The notes beneath the pieces are model-generated. The model saw only the letters and a program-made list of their open reading frames with translations, had not been told where the DNA came from and made no database searches. DNA of 64,000 nt from assembly GCA_001599295.1 (NCBI GenBank), contig BCGN01000003.1, positions 1-64,000 of the forward strand, written 5' to 3'. Positions 1-12,100 of the stretch are shown here, piece by piece. Origin of the DNA: Sporopachydermia quercuum (lineage: Eukaryota). The position numbers and the translations under genes are program-made. Every line of letters starts with the position of its first letter. Position 1 is the first letter of the stretch.

Positions 1-101
1 CAACTACCTCCCAACTACCTCCCAACTACCTCCCAACTACCTCCCAACTACCTCCCAACTACCTCCCAACTACCTCCCAACTACCTCCCAACTACCTCCC
101 A
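1..101. repeat. Tandem array of 11-bp unit CAACTACCTCC (9 copies; G-strand GGGAGGTAGTT), candidate telomeric repeat
   Basis: Perfect 11-nt periodicity from base 1 to ~101. The C-rich strand is on +, as expected at a left chromosome end, and subtelomere-type gene families follow. The array itself is certain; the telomere role is inferred. Confidence 0.65.
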
Positions 102-2471
102 GTACTAGAGTAAACTTCCAATTTCATGTATATAGATACAGAGTATACACATGTCCACACAAACGTCATGCAAACCGTTAATATTCGACAACCTTAGGTC
201 CAAACAAGTAGAATCAGAACATAATGACAGCTCGTCAATAATTGAAATAATTATAATTCAAGCATATAAATGAATAGCTACAAAGTTTGAAAATTCAATG
301 AGTATACTTATTTGATTATGGATCAACTGTAAGATGAAAATATCGATCATGTATTCATGGCGGATGAACGAATGTACTATGGGTTCCTACAAGCCCATCG
401 ATAAAAAAACAATTCAAGGTCAATCTATTGAATAACATACATCATTAGAAATCCCTTTATTACTTCAGTGTACATAGTATATAATACTTATAAGAAGCAA
501 TGGAAAACATAAAATAATTGTAGTAATTGTATAAACCTTAATAAATGATTAAATAATCAAGGTAAGAAGTAAAGATGCTTAAAAGTAACTAATAATAAGG
601 CACAAATGTAAAATAAATAAATAAGTAACACTACGACGGATTCTGAATAAAGCAGACATATACAATATTCAATATTCTACAAACTCTAGAGTAATAAAAC
701 AGTTATCATTAAAATACATTATTAGAAAGCCATTCATTACTTAGAATACAATAATTACAAGAATGAATGAATAATATAGAGATATAACAGAACACATATA
801 GAACCTAATAAAAGCTTACGTAATTGTAATAAGGTTAGCGCTGCTTCTCAGAATTTCTATTGTTCCTTTACGCTACCTCATATAAAAGGGTAAAAAGTCG
901 ATCAGCAAAACTCATGCAGCTACCATAAATAACAAAATACTTCCATCAATAACTATTCAAATTAGAATATGTAATTACAAAGCTGAGAATCAGGGGATTG
1001 CAATAAATATAATATATTTTTGACTTGGCAAAAACACGTTTTGTAATTAATAGATCTGTTTGAATAAACAGGAGTAAATAGACGGTAGTATATTTAACCT
1101 ACATATCATTTTCCAAAGAACGAATATGGGAGAAAGTATGAGATCCTAAAAAGGTAATTATAGAGTCTACTTCCTGATATGAGATGTCTGGTAGGCAGGA
1201 AGTACCTCAGCAGCGCACCACCACTGTCCCACCTAGTATTCCTAGAGCGTAGAACAAATTCTAGAGCTTTCGTCTTCGGGTTAAGCTTAGTAAGAGAAAA
1301 ACTATTCCGAAGTTTAATACCATTCAGCCAAAAGCTGAACATTGATAATATTTGAATTGTGCTAGAGAGCGAATTAAAACACCTTATCCGAGATCACATT
1401 TCAAAATCAGACATATCCAGTACCTGTCATTCAGTAGCTTTGAAAGAAGCTTTATGGAACTATCTCTCTGATCCTCATTTTCCGACGCCGGTTATATAGA
1501 GAAATACAAGATATACCTCCCTGCCGATTATTTAGAGTTACTGAGAGTGCAGTTAACGTTCAAATTTTTGGCGGATTATTCGAAAAAGGAAGCTATGAGA
1601 CAACACCGATTCGGCCCGCTCTGGCCGGCATCTCGGAGCCTCAACTCTAATTTCTTTTTCCCCGCATCCAAAGATAAATAAGTAAAAAAAGGCTCTTTAT
1701 GTAGTCATTTTTTTGAACAAAATCTATTATGTTATTTTAGATTCATAAGCTACAATTATAATGTTTAGGCATCTATTGAATATCAACAGTAATTCTTTGC
1801 ATCTGCCACCTCATCTTGATGTTAGAGTTCTCCACTTCTTACAATGCTTTATGATTTTTTTGTATTTCCTAAATAGGCAATTGAAAACTAAAGTTTAGAC
1901 TAAGAAATTAAATAAAGGAAATAAGGGCAAAGGAAGAGTTTTCAGGATCTTGGTAACTCCAGTGGTAACTCCAGTTTGTCTGCCGCTTCAGTCTAATATC
2001 AAGAGAAAGGGAAAAACAGCTATTGCAAAAGAATTTAATTTATTGGAATATTTTATGTAGTGTTGCTTTTTAAAACCTATCTGTTGCGGAAAAGCTTACA
2101 TTATACAGGAATCACCTTAGATCTTAGTATTTTGTTCCAATTTTTGTTCGATTAAAATTTGAAATTAACTGTATCAGGGGCCGAAGTCAACTTAAGATTT
2201 ATCGGAACTGAACAAATGAGGAAGGAATCAACATTCGGAAGTGAATTTAGCCCTCACGGATTTAAGTCAATGAGGTTTTTATACTAAAAATCAAAAGCAT
2301 ACTATAGTTTATAAAAGTTTTGCTCATCCGGACTTATTGAAGTGCCTGGCACAATTTATTGAATATATAAGTAGCCGATGTCTCAGCTTCTAGATTTATA
2401 TGACTAACCAGCATGAATCAAATTTGAAGGTTCAAAAACGGTCCAGGTATATTCTAGGGATTATTAATTGA

Positions 2472-3839
2472 ATGTGCTTAGATCGAACAGAAACAATGGC
2501 TCAACAAATTGCCACGGAAGAGACAATGAAACAAGAAGAGGTAGTGGTTGAAACAAACCAACTAGATATGCGCGATTCTTCTGGTCTAGAAGTGGATATG
2601 GAAGCTGCAGAAGAGCCCAAAGAATTAGACACTTCTCCAGCCTTAACAGTAAATGAGTGGAATCTTTCTAGTATCCTGTGTGTGACTGGAGGATTTTTCA
2701 GTCTATTTTGCAGTTTTGGAGTTGTGAATACGTTAGGATTGTTTGAAGGTTACTATGTTCAACATCAGTTAAGTGACCATACTGCATCGGCCGTCTCCTG
2801 GATTATTTCTTTGCAAACTTTTATTCTGCTTTTCAGTTCTCTTTTTGTTGGTAGGATATTCGACGTGGTGGGAATTAAGATTATCACTCTTTTTGGCTGT
2901 GTATTCGGAACTCTAGGCTTCATGATGACATCAATTTCGAAGGAATACTATCAGTTTATGTTAGCCCAAGGAGTTTGCTGTGGTTTAGGTATTTCAGCAA
3001 TGTATAATGCTGGATTTGCTTCGGTATCAAGCCATTTTCATAAACATCGTGTGATGGCTTTAAGTATAACAGCTAGTGGGTCGTCTTTAGGAGGTGTTAT
3101 TCTTCCTTTAATGTTCCGGTCGATTTTGAAAGACACATCTTTTGCTGTTGCTGTAAGATCCATCGGTTTTTTATATCTTGGAATGACTGGTTCCTGTGTT
3201 TTTTTTCTGACTAAAAGAAAGGCTGAGAATAGTGATCATGAGAAAGCCCATGTGATCAAGGTATGCTACAAATTGGTGAGGATTCCAAGGTACTCTGTTT
3301 TACTGTTCGGAGGTTTTGTATTCTACCTGGGGTTATTCATCCCTTTTTCGTACATTCCACTGTTTGCTCAGAATAAAGGATTTTCTCAAGATATGTCATA
3401 CAATCTGATCTCAATTCTGAATAGTGCAAGTTTTTTTGGTCGTCTAAGTTCTGGATTTCTCGTCCCATATGTCGGTGTATATAATCTCTTCTTGGTGACA
3501 TGTGGACTGTGTGGGGTTTTTTGCACGGCGATGTGGGTGCCAATAAGTACTCATGTTCAGATTATTGTTTTTTCGGTTCTGATTGGGTTATTTAGTGGCA
3601 CCCCAATTTCGCTGACTACACCTATGTTTGCTGATGGATCACCTCACCATGAGATTGGCACTCGGATTGGACTTGCCTCTACTGTGATGTCCTTTGGGGC
3701 CCTTCTTGGGGCCCCTATGGCTTCACTTGCATTACACCCCGAATATGATAATTTATGGATTCTGGGAGTTTGGAGTGGTGTTTGCTTATTGACAGCTTCT
3801 GTCATTATGCGTCTGGCCCCGTTTGCACGAGCTGCATAA
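2472..3839 (+). CDS. MFS monocarboxylate-porter family transporter (MCH/Mch4-Mch5-like)
   Basis: 455-aa ORF with ~12 hydrophobic segments and MCT-family motifs FCSFGVVNTLG, GRIFD, YYQFMLAQGV, ASGSSLGGVI, LNSASFFGR. The start may be the ATG at 2496. Confidence 0.85.
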   Translation: MCLDRTETMAQQIATEETMKQEEVVVETNQLDMRDSSGLEVDMEAAEEPKELDTSPALTVNEWNLSSILCVTGGFFSLFCSFGVVNTLGLFEGYYVQHQLSDHTASAVSWIISLQTFILLFSSLFVGRIFDVVGIKIITLFGCVFGTLGFMMTSISKEYYQFMLAQGVCCGLGISAMYNAGFASVSSHFHKHRVMALSITASGSSLGGVILPLMFRSILKDTSFAVAVRSIGFLYLGMTGSCVFFLTKRKAENSDHEKAHVIKVCYKLVRIPRYSVLLFGGFVFYLGLFIPFSYIPLFAQNKGFSQDMSYNLISILNSASFFGRLSSGFLVPYVGVYNLFLVTCGLCGVFCTAMWVPISTHVQIIVFSVLIGLFSGTPISLTTPMFADGSPHHEIGTRIGLASTVMSFGALLGAPMASLALHPEYDNLWILGVWSGVCLLTASVIMRLAPFARAA

Positions 3840-6800
3840 AAAAGAGTGTTTGGTTCTATAGGTGACTGATATGTTGAAATACGTTAGTTTGATTTCTTGG
3901 CGTGTCTGTGATTGTTAGCAAAGTGAAGTACGCAAAAAAGACGTACTACTATTTCTGACGAGCTGAAAAGTCCTTATCGTAATGGGGGACGTGTAAACAA
4001 CAATAAAATACATCTTCATGAAAAAGATATGCTACTACAACCGATAGAAAGCAATCTCAGCAGGTGGAATGGATCAAATTAGAGTTGAGAGGTTCCTCAA
4101 GAACTTGCTATAATTCTGAATGGTAAAGTTTATTCTTTTTTATGAGAATCAGAACTTAAGGAATAAATGCATGTAATAGCTACAGATCGATAGAATTGCC
4201 TAGGAGGACGTTGTAATAACTCGTGACAAAATATGAAGGATGTAATTAATCAGGAAAGAGTGTGAAAGGAGAAATACTATGAAATTGTGATTGAAAATCA
4301 GGAAATACTACATATAAAATATATACACAACTGCAGAAACTGCAGAATACACAATTTAAGATTAAATGTTGGTTGTTTGAATTTGTTTAGATGGTTAATT
4401 TAACAATTTATGGAGATGTAATAGCTTTGAGCTATACCTATGGTCCTTAATACTTTTAGACAATGAAGTAGCCTGAGAGTCATTCACACTCAAGTGAGAA
4501 ATAATAGAAGTTAACCTACAAGTGTATATAGGAGGAAGAGAAAATAGTTCTTTAAAATGTTCGAATTCATTAGTTGATCTCTAGCTAGTAACACCACTCA
4601 ATCTTGTAAATGAAATTGACTACGCACTTAACTTATGCTTTCTCTAGCCTGGCTTATGGTGAAATACTTGAACAATATGAAAAGGTATGAATAGAAGAAA
4701 TGAGTAAAAGAGAACCATAGAACGATAGATATTAATTAAAACTTACAGCCAAACAATTAATCCAATCAATATGTACAAATATAAATTTGATTCCAATCAA
4801 CTGAGTGTCGAGTCACCTGCTAAACATAGTTATCTTGCCATTTTTGGAGTATTAGAATTACGAGCTTAATCGGTAGTTTCATAGAAGTATATTCTATTTT
4901 CTAACTGTGAAGAAAGCGTTTGAAAGGCTNACTAGTTTAAATACTTTTTTGACAGCAAAACCAAAATCTTGCTATTAATTTCCATTGGAGATGGATGGTT
5001 TTATAAGGGCCGTGTGAGAAGTTTTCAGCTGAATATTACTCATGCTCTACTAGCAAACGTTTCAGAAAGCTAACAGTATTTGATACTTGTTCTCAGAATT
5101 TTCCTGACCAGATACGTTTCACCTAACCGAACTTCTAAAACTTACGTTAAATCCGGTGGTATGTTGACACAAAAACCTCAAACAATTCGTGATTCCAATT
5201 ATTCAATCTCCAAGTTCTTTTTCTCATCTTCTTCTGCACTGAGTCATATGGTGGTAAAGGAACTGATAGTTTAAAGTAAGATATTCGAACTTCCCATTAA
5301 AGCAACCTGTCAGGTGATTAAGAGATTATACATGTGCTTCAAAACTTATCACTGTAGCAGTCAAAATTGTGATGCTCCCCATTCATGAATAGTTTGAACA
5401 TTAAATGAAATCAGCAATTAATTACTTTCATTATCTTCACTTTGATAGGTTTCAATAGAAGTTTCAATATCAAGTCTAATTTAAAACAAATTATACTTCA
5501 TTATTGGTTTGCCCTGCTTGAAGAGTCTGATTCTATAGTGGCTTTAGCCATAGTTTGGCAAACACCGCCCACCATAGTTTGGCGTAATGCCCACTTTATC
5601 GTATTCCGCATTCAAAAAAGGGACCGTTTTAGTTCTTTTTATTTTCGATGAGAACTTTATATTTATTTTTCGAAATGTCATTAAAGTTTACATTTTTATA
5701 GAAGATTAATTGATTCGGCAGTTACACCACAGAAGTTACCGAGATTATAATTATATTTCAATCCTTTTTGAAAGTCTAATTATAATAACCTCGTTTTTAA
5801 AGTTAGCGTCAATGTATTATCAATTGAAATCGGAAACTCTGAAAGGTAGGTATAATATAAAGTTCTTTTTTCATATTCTTTTTCCTCTCATTTTAATTGA
5901 CGATTCAGGGTTATCAGTTATTTTCTATTGCTTACCTCAAAATGTACCAGATCAATAACGAATAATATGCCGGGTTGTTATCTTCATTACCATAATCATA
6001 GATTAGTTGAATAGTGAACATTGATATTCGAGAAAAACTGTTTACTAATTAATAGGTTCAGTGTATTGGCGCCTTTCATCTGAATCTAAGAACAAGATTT
6101 ACTCACGGCATTGATAAATTTCAGTATCTATTATAAGATATAGAGTAAACACCAAAGATTTTCAATGAAAATTAATTCAAATTTCACATATTGACTAGAG
6201 ATTTACAAGAAATGATCATAAAGAATGAGACAGTTACCCATTAAGAAGCGCTCTACAATCACGGGTTTCCATTGTTCAACTACTAAACTATCAATCATTA
6301 TTCGCATTATTGCTCTATTCACCCACATTACTTTTTCTTGAATGTATAGCTTCAAGCGAAGAAGGAACAACAAGGCATCATCCCATAAGATCACAACCAT
6401 CCAGGGTCCAAAACATTCTTGATCACCTAGCCTACATGAAACTATAATTATTGCACCATGAAAAGCTTGAAACAACTACAAGCACGCAATCAATTGACTA
6501 AATTGTTGAATAATTCATGATAGCGAGATGCAATGTCTGAAACTCTCTGATCGAAAATATTATGCTATTAAAGTTTATTATTACTCATATATAAGATTGA
6601 TTGTTCCATGCATATGGTTCATTGAACTCTAAATTGAGTTGTCTAAATTAGGATGTTGTATTTCTTGATAACGTTTTAATAATTACTTCCAGAAAGAATA
6701 AAGTAAATGAGGAGAACTTGTTACTCAACAAGATGCTATAGTGGAGTTAGGCATTTCTCTACTTCATACTAACCCAGACTCACGAAGAGAAGTGGAGCAC

Positions 6801-7497
6801 ATCAAAGCTCTCGTACTTATTTCAAATTAAAGTTGCGAATCATCAATAGCTATAAGCTCACTGAATCCTTGGTATTCGATTATATAGAGAACTATTATAT
6901 TCAGCAATTTATCTCATTTCTCTATAGCTATTTAGACTAATATCTGAATTAAACTAATCAGCATATGGTAAGACCACTTGCTGCCAAATAATATCAGCTT
7001 TCTTCTACAGTTTTATAAGGAAACCACTATGCCATCATCAGAAGAAAATGCCAATGCAATTGTCTTGTGAATTGGCAACCAAGAACCAGTTAACTTCTCC
7101 TTAACTTGAAACTGAAGGTGAATTTATTAATTTTAGTTCAACTTTATTTGAATAAAGTTGACGATTTGACAGATGATGCCTTCTGCTTCATTAAATGGTG
7201 TCTTACTATTTTTGAATGACCAAGCCAACTAACATATTGCTCTAGATTTTCTGATGATACTACAGCATTGAACTTACAGCAAAATTAACTGGAAAGAAAA
7301 TTTCTTTAATTCTAAGAAAAATTGTATAAATATGAAGCGTTCGGGCTTTTCTGCTGAGAACGATCTTTTACAAGATTGAAGCTCATATCCTTTTTTCTTT
7401 CTGTAACTAATTCTCTTTTATGTGTTGATAACAATCATACAGAAACACATAACATACAAACAGTAATAAAATAAACCAATTTTTAATCTTCTCAACC

Positions 7498-9153
7498 ATG
7501 GTACTTGAGAAGGTGAAAGAAACGTTCCGAAAAGGTCGTCTCATTGAGATTGACGATAAATTGATTGATGAAACATATTCAGGAGCAGAGATAGAATTAG
7601 ACAAAGGTGTTCGAAGTGTTGGATATGTTACCGCAATTTTCCTTATTTTCAACCGAATTATCGGTACAGGTATTTTTGCTACACCATCAACAATCTTCAC
7701 ATTATCAGGTTCAGCAGGATTTTCTATGATGTTATGGTTATGCGGTACTATTATTGCATTTTCTGGAATGCTGGTATTTATGGAGTTCGGTGTTGCTTTA
7801 CCGAGAAATGGTGGAGAAAAGAATTATTTAGAATTTGTTTATACTAAACCAAAGTTCTTCATAACATGTTTCTACGCTATCTATGTCTTCTTTCTAGGCC
7901 AAGCATCTGGTAATTCTATTGTGTTTGGAGAGTTTATCTTAAATGCTGCTGGTGTGGAAGTAACAAGATGGAATCAAAGAGGTGTTGGTATTGCATGTCT
8001 TTCATTTGCTTTTCTTATCCACGCCTTTTTCAAGAAGACAGGTATGGTTTTACAGAATGTGTTGGGTACATTCAAACTTGTTATTATTGTAATGATTTCC
8101 GTCATCGGATGGGTAGCATTGTCTGGAAAGCTTAATATTCCACCAGCACATAATTTTGATAATTCATTTGCAGGTACTTCAGGATCTGCTTATGGTGTCG
8201 TGACAGCCCTTTATAGTGTCATTTGGTCCTACCTTGGTTATTCCAATGCAAACTACGCATTAGGAGAAATTAAGGATCCTGTAAAGACATTAAAGGTTGC
8301 AGCACCTGTTGCATTGATTATCGTTGCGATCTTTTATATGTTTGTTAATGTTGCTTATTTTGCTGTTGTACCAGAAGCTGAGTTCAAAGCTTCTGGAACC
8401 ATTTTAGCAGCAAAGTTTTTCAATATAGTATTTGGTGAGGAAGCTGAAAAGGCTCTCTCGGTTATTGTTGCATTATCAGCTTTGGGAAATGTGATGGCCG
8501 TTACCTTTTCTCAGGGAAGACTTTTACAGCAGTTAGCAAGAGAAGGTGTTTTACCTTACTCTTCATTTTTTGCTTCCAGTAAACCTTTTAACTCTCCTGC
8601 TGCTGGTCTTTTTGAACAATACGTTGTATGTCTGATTATTATCGTTGGACCTCCACCAGGTGATGCTTTCGAGTTTATCATGAAGCTTCAATCATATCCT
8701 ATCAATGTTATTAATGCTCTTGTATCTGGTGGTTTGATTTATATATATATTCAAAAAAGAAAAGGTAACATCGAATGGAGTCCTCCATTTAGAGCTACTT
8801 TGCCCGTTGTTATTTTCTTCTTCTTATCAAATGTCTACCTAATTGCTGCACCATTTGTTCCCCCTAGTAACGGTGAAAATGTTTACAATGATCTACCATA
8901 CTGGCTACATTGTGTAGTTGGTATTGGCATTTTATTTCTTGGTGGGGTCTATTGGGTTTTCTGGGCTAGAGTCTTCCCCAAATTGTTGCATTACGAACTT
9001 ATAGTTACTCAAGTTGTCGGTGAAGATGGATTTTACAGAAACAATATCACCAAAAGAAGTACTAAAGCTATTAATGATGTTGAAGGAGATCCTGCCAATG
9101 CAAATTCCAATGATGATTCGAAAGAAGATATTGAAAAAGTCTCTATCAATTAA
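7498..9153 (+). CDS. MUP1: High-affinity methionine permease (APC superfamily, LAT family)
   Basis: 551-aa ORF with IFNRIIGTGIFATPS, PRNGGEKNYLE, WSYLGYSNANY and PPPGDAF motifs typical of Mup1-like permeases. Confidence 0.85.
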   Translation: MVLEKVKETFRKGRLIEIDDKLIDETYSGAEIELDKGVRSVGYVTAIFLIFNRIIGTGIFATPSTIFTLSGSAGFSMMLWLCGTIIAFSGMLVFMEFGVALPRNGGEKNYLEFVYTKPKFFITCFYAIYVFFLGQASGNSIVFGEFILNAAGVEVTRWNQRGVGIACLSFAFLIHAFFKKTGMVLQNVLGTFKLVIIVMISVIGWVALSGKLNIPPAHNFDNSFAGTSGSAYGVVTALYSVIWSYLGYSNANYALGEIKDPVKTLKVAAPVALIIVAIFYMFVNVAYFAVVPEAEFKASGTILAAKFFNIVFGEEAEKALSVIVALSALGNVMAVTFSQGRLLQQLAREGVLPYSSFFASSKPFNSPAAGLFEQYVVCLIIIVGPPPGDAFEFIMKLQSYPINVINALVSGGLIYIYIQKRKGNIEWSPPFRATLPVVIFFFLSNVYLIAAPFVPPSNGENVYNDLPYWLHCVVGIGILFLGGVYWVFWARVFPKLLHYELIVTQVVGEDGFYRNNITKRSTKAINDVEGDPANANSNDDSKEDIEKVSIN

Positions 9154-12100
9154 TCAAATGTTTATCATTAACTTATGTTTATGATTTAAAGGCTGGAGTT
9201 ATTTCGTGGCTTTTTTTATCTCAATCCTTTAATTTTTCTTTTTATTTTATAGACATTTGTTGAATGATTTTATGTTTTGCATTTTTACATACTAAATGAG
9301 TCTATAAAACAAATCAACCTTATGAGGTTGGTACTGTTCTTTATTTACCAATATTGTAGTAGTTTTTAAAGTTAAAACAACCTTGGAGACTAGAAGTCTT
9401 CCAACCTCCACATCAACTGATACCTTTCCAATGTCTCACTTTGTTTATCAGCAAAGACCATATCTGATTATTACAAGTAAAAAGATTAGTTTTCAATATT
9501 ACGAATTTGATGCAAAATTTTCATGCATAAATCGTAATACCAATGCTGGCTCATTTAAGAGGGGGTAGACTTTCTCTGAGGAGAAAAGACAAGGCTCAGA
9601 AAAACGTTAAAGATAAACGTTATTTCAACTTCCTTAAACAAAATAAAGCTTTAAACTTTCTGCACCATTCTCACCTCACAAATTAGTAGCCATTATCTTC
9701 ATCGAAGGGATAGATTGAAAATAAACACTAAAAGAAGAAACTGAAAACAAACTGAGGAGGTATAAACTAGGAAATCTACCAATATTTTTTATGATTATAT
9801 TCCTAGGGAAGTAACGTAGCATAAGTATAAATCCTCCACTTACTTGTTTTCAACCCAAAAGTAATCTATATGAAGCAGGAGATGTCTAGTTCAATAAAAC
9901 AAGTCGAAGATACAATTACCAGGAACATCTTAGGGGATCATGACACATTACAGATACTTGGTTTTATAGTTTCTAGAAAACTATGACTAGAGAACTGGCA
10001 TAAATAGCATAGTCTTAATGATTAGCTTACAGTCTTACCTCTGCTGATCTAGAATAGAAGCATCTCTTTGTTTAATTTATTATAGAAATTCACAACAAAA
10101 TCTAATAGTATTTATTACTAAAACCCCATTTAATATTAAAATACTTATTGCTCTCAAATTTATCTGGCTTAGACTTTGATATGGTGATTACACCTTACTT
10201 CAGATTAGCATTAATAACATTCCTTCAGCTTTTAGTCTTGATGCAGCTGCAGAGTTTTGGGAGGGTGTTTTTTGACTATTTCATATTGCTTTGGGGTATT
10301 GTCGATAAAGTCCTATTGATATCGCTATAAAAGTCTATAATGCAGATATTATAATATTAAGAACTTCTCTTTACTTATTGGAGTTGAGAACAAAACATTT
10401 GAGAGATAAGTATTTTCAAACAGATAGATTGAATATCTATTCAGTTTAATCTGAATGGTGTATAATCTCCAATAGCTAATATTATTTACTAATAATCTAT
10501 ATGTTTTCGTTTTTATTTATTTTTGTTTTTGAATCGCTTTCTGTTGGGAGGTATACAATTATTATAGCTTGACTTCAACTTTCTTATTGCTCTACTCCCT
10601 GACGAATGATACTTCTTGCAATCTATAGAATAAGCTTTGGTTTTATTGTTCATGCGATTAATCTTAACATATATCAAAGCTTAGTAGTCAATATATCATT
10701 CAGTGATAAGTGATTGGCTGCGACCTAAACTTATAGCTGATTCCTAATAATTTCGTATATTTACCTAATGCTCTACTTTAGTGTATAGTAAACGTCCACA
10801 AGTATATGATATTCCTTAGGAATAATGAAAATAAGCATTTTCTGGAAAAACGTTTATTATAATTGTTTTTAATGGTTTCAACTCAGACTTCGTGAAGAAT
10901 GCCTGCATGTGAAGGATTTAAAATATTTCATGCTTTCGAGAGATTCTATTCATTGACCATACTCTGGCTCATAAATCTATTACTTACGCAGGAAAGTCGC
11001 TAGCTCAGTAAACCTTTGTGGCATTTATCAATTAAAAAAACTTCTTTCTAAAGCGGCTCTATTAATACAATTGATTTTTATAATTCAATTTCAAATCAAA
11101 GCCTGTGTCAATTCTTAATACAGTGGAATAGATTGTAGAGACTTCAGTACTCTGAAGTTCAATGAAAAGTACTACGATGGAAAAACATCCGCTGAGATAA
11201 ATTGACTATTAATTGGCTAACAAAAATAATCCCATATTGTAGATTATTTCTGAAAATCTAGGAGCAAAAATAGTTACCAGTATTAAAGCCCAAGCTTTGA
11301 TAATAATCCTAGATGCATTCATTACACTGACTGATAATGAATGGTATTTAGAAAGTTTCCATTAGTCTATAAGTAATTTTCAACCTATACAAACACATTT
11401 GTAAAAACCTATGTACCAACTTTCCAAAGATTTAGCTGTCCAACATGATTTCCACCAGCAATTATTGGCAGTAATTAGTTTATTCTCATTTGAATCAAGC
11501 TAGGATATGGCGCAACACATCAAGCCCTTAAAGTAGTTGGAAGACTTACATATTTGAAGCACAATAATGTACGGCTTGGCAAACAGCTTTGATAAGGATG
11601 GGATTATGTCTCAAATATATATTCTGTCAAGTAAAGATCTGCATCATGTTGTGCTTTGTGCTTTTTCCTAGGTTTATTTTACCTGTATTTTAAGTAGAAG
11701 TATCACTATTGTCCATTTTTGATCAAAGGCAGCTGAAAGGTTNATTCTTTTCTTTTCAATAAAAGAAAATGTTACAGTGACAATTAATTTTCCTTGTTAT
11801 TTTCACTATTCTTTGTATTGAAACAAAGATTAGTTAATCAGATGATAGCATTCCCTTCTACTCAGATACAGATAGGGGCTACATTAGAGAGTAATTTGTA
11901 CCTCAGTCATTTTTGCTTACATTGCACTTCTATTCTGAACAAAACTATAATAATGATCTCAGCCATTACTGTTTTGGTAGATAGTAATCCCACATATAGT
12001 CAAAGGGAAAAACATTTCAGAAAGAAGAAAAAGGCAGAAGAAACTATCATATTCCCGTCTAAGGACATAAATCAGTTATATTATGATTCATAGTTCACTG

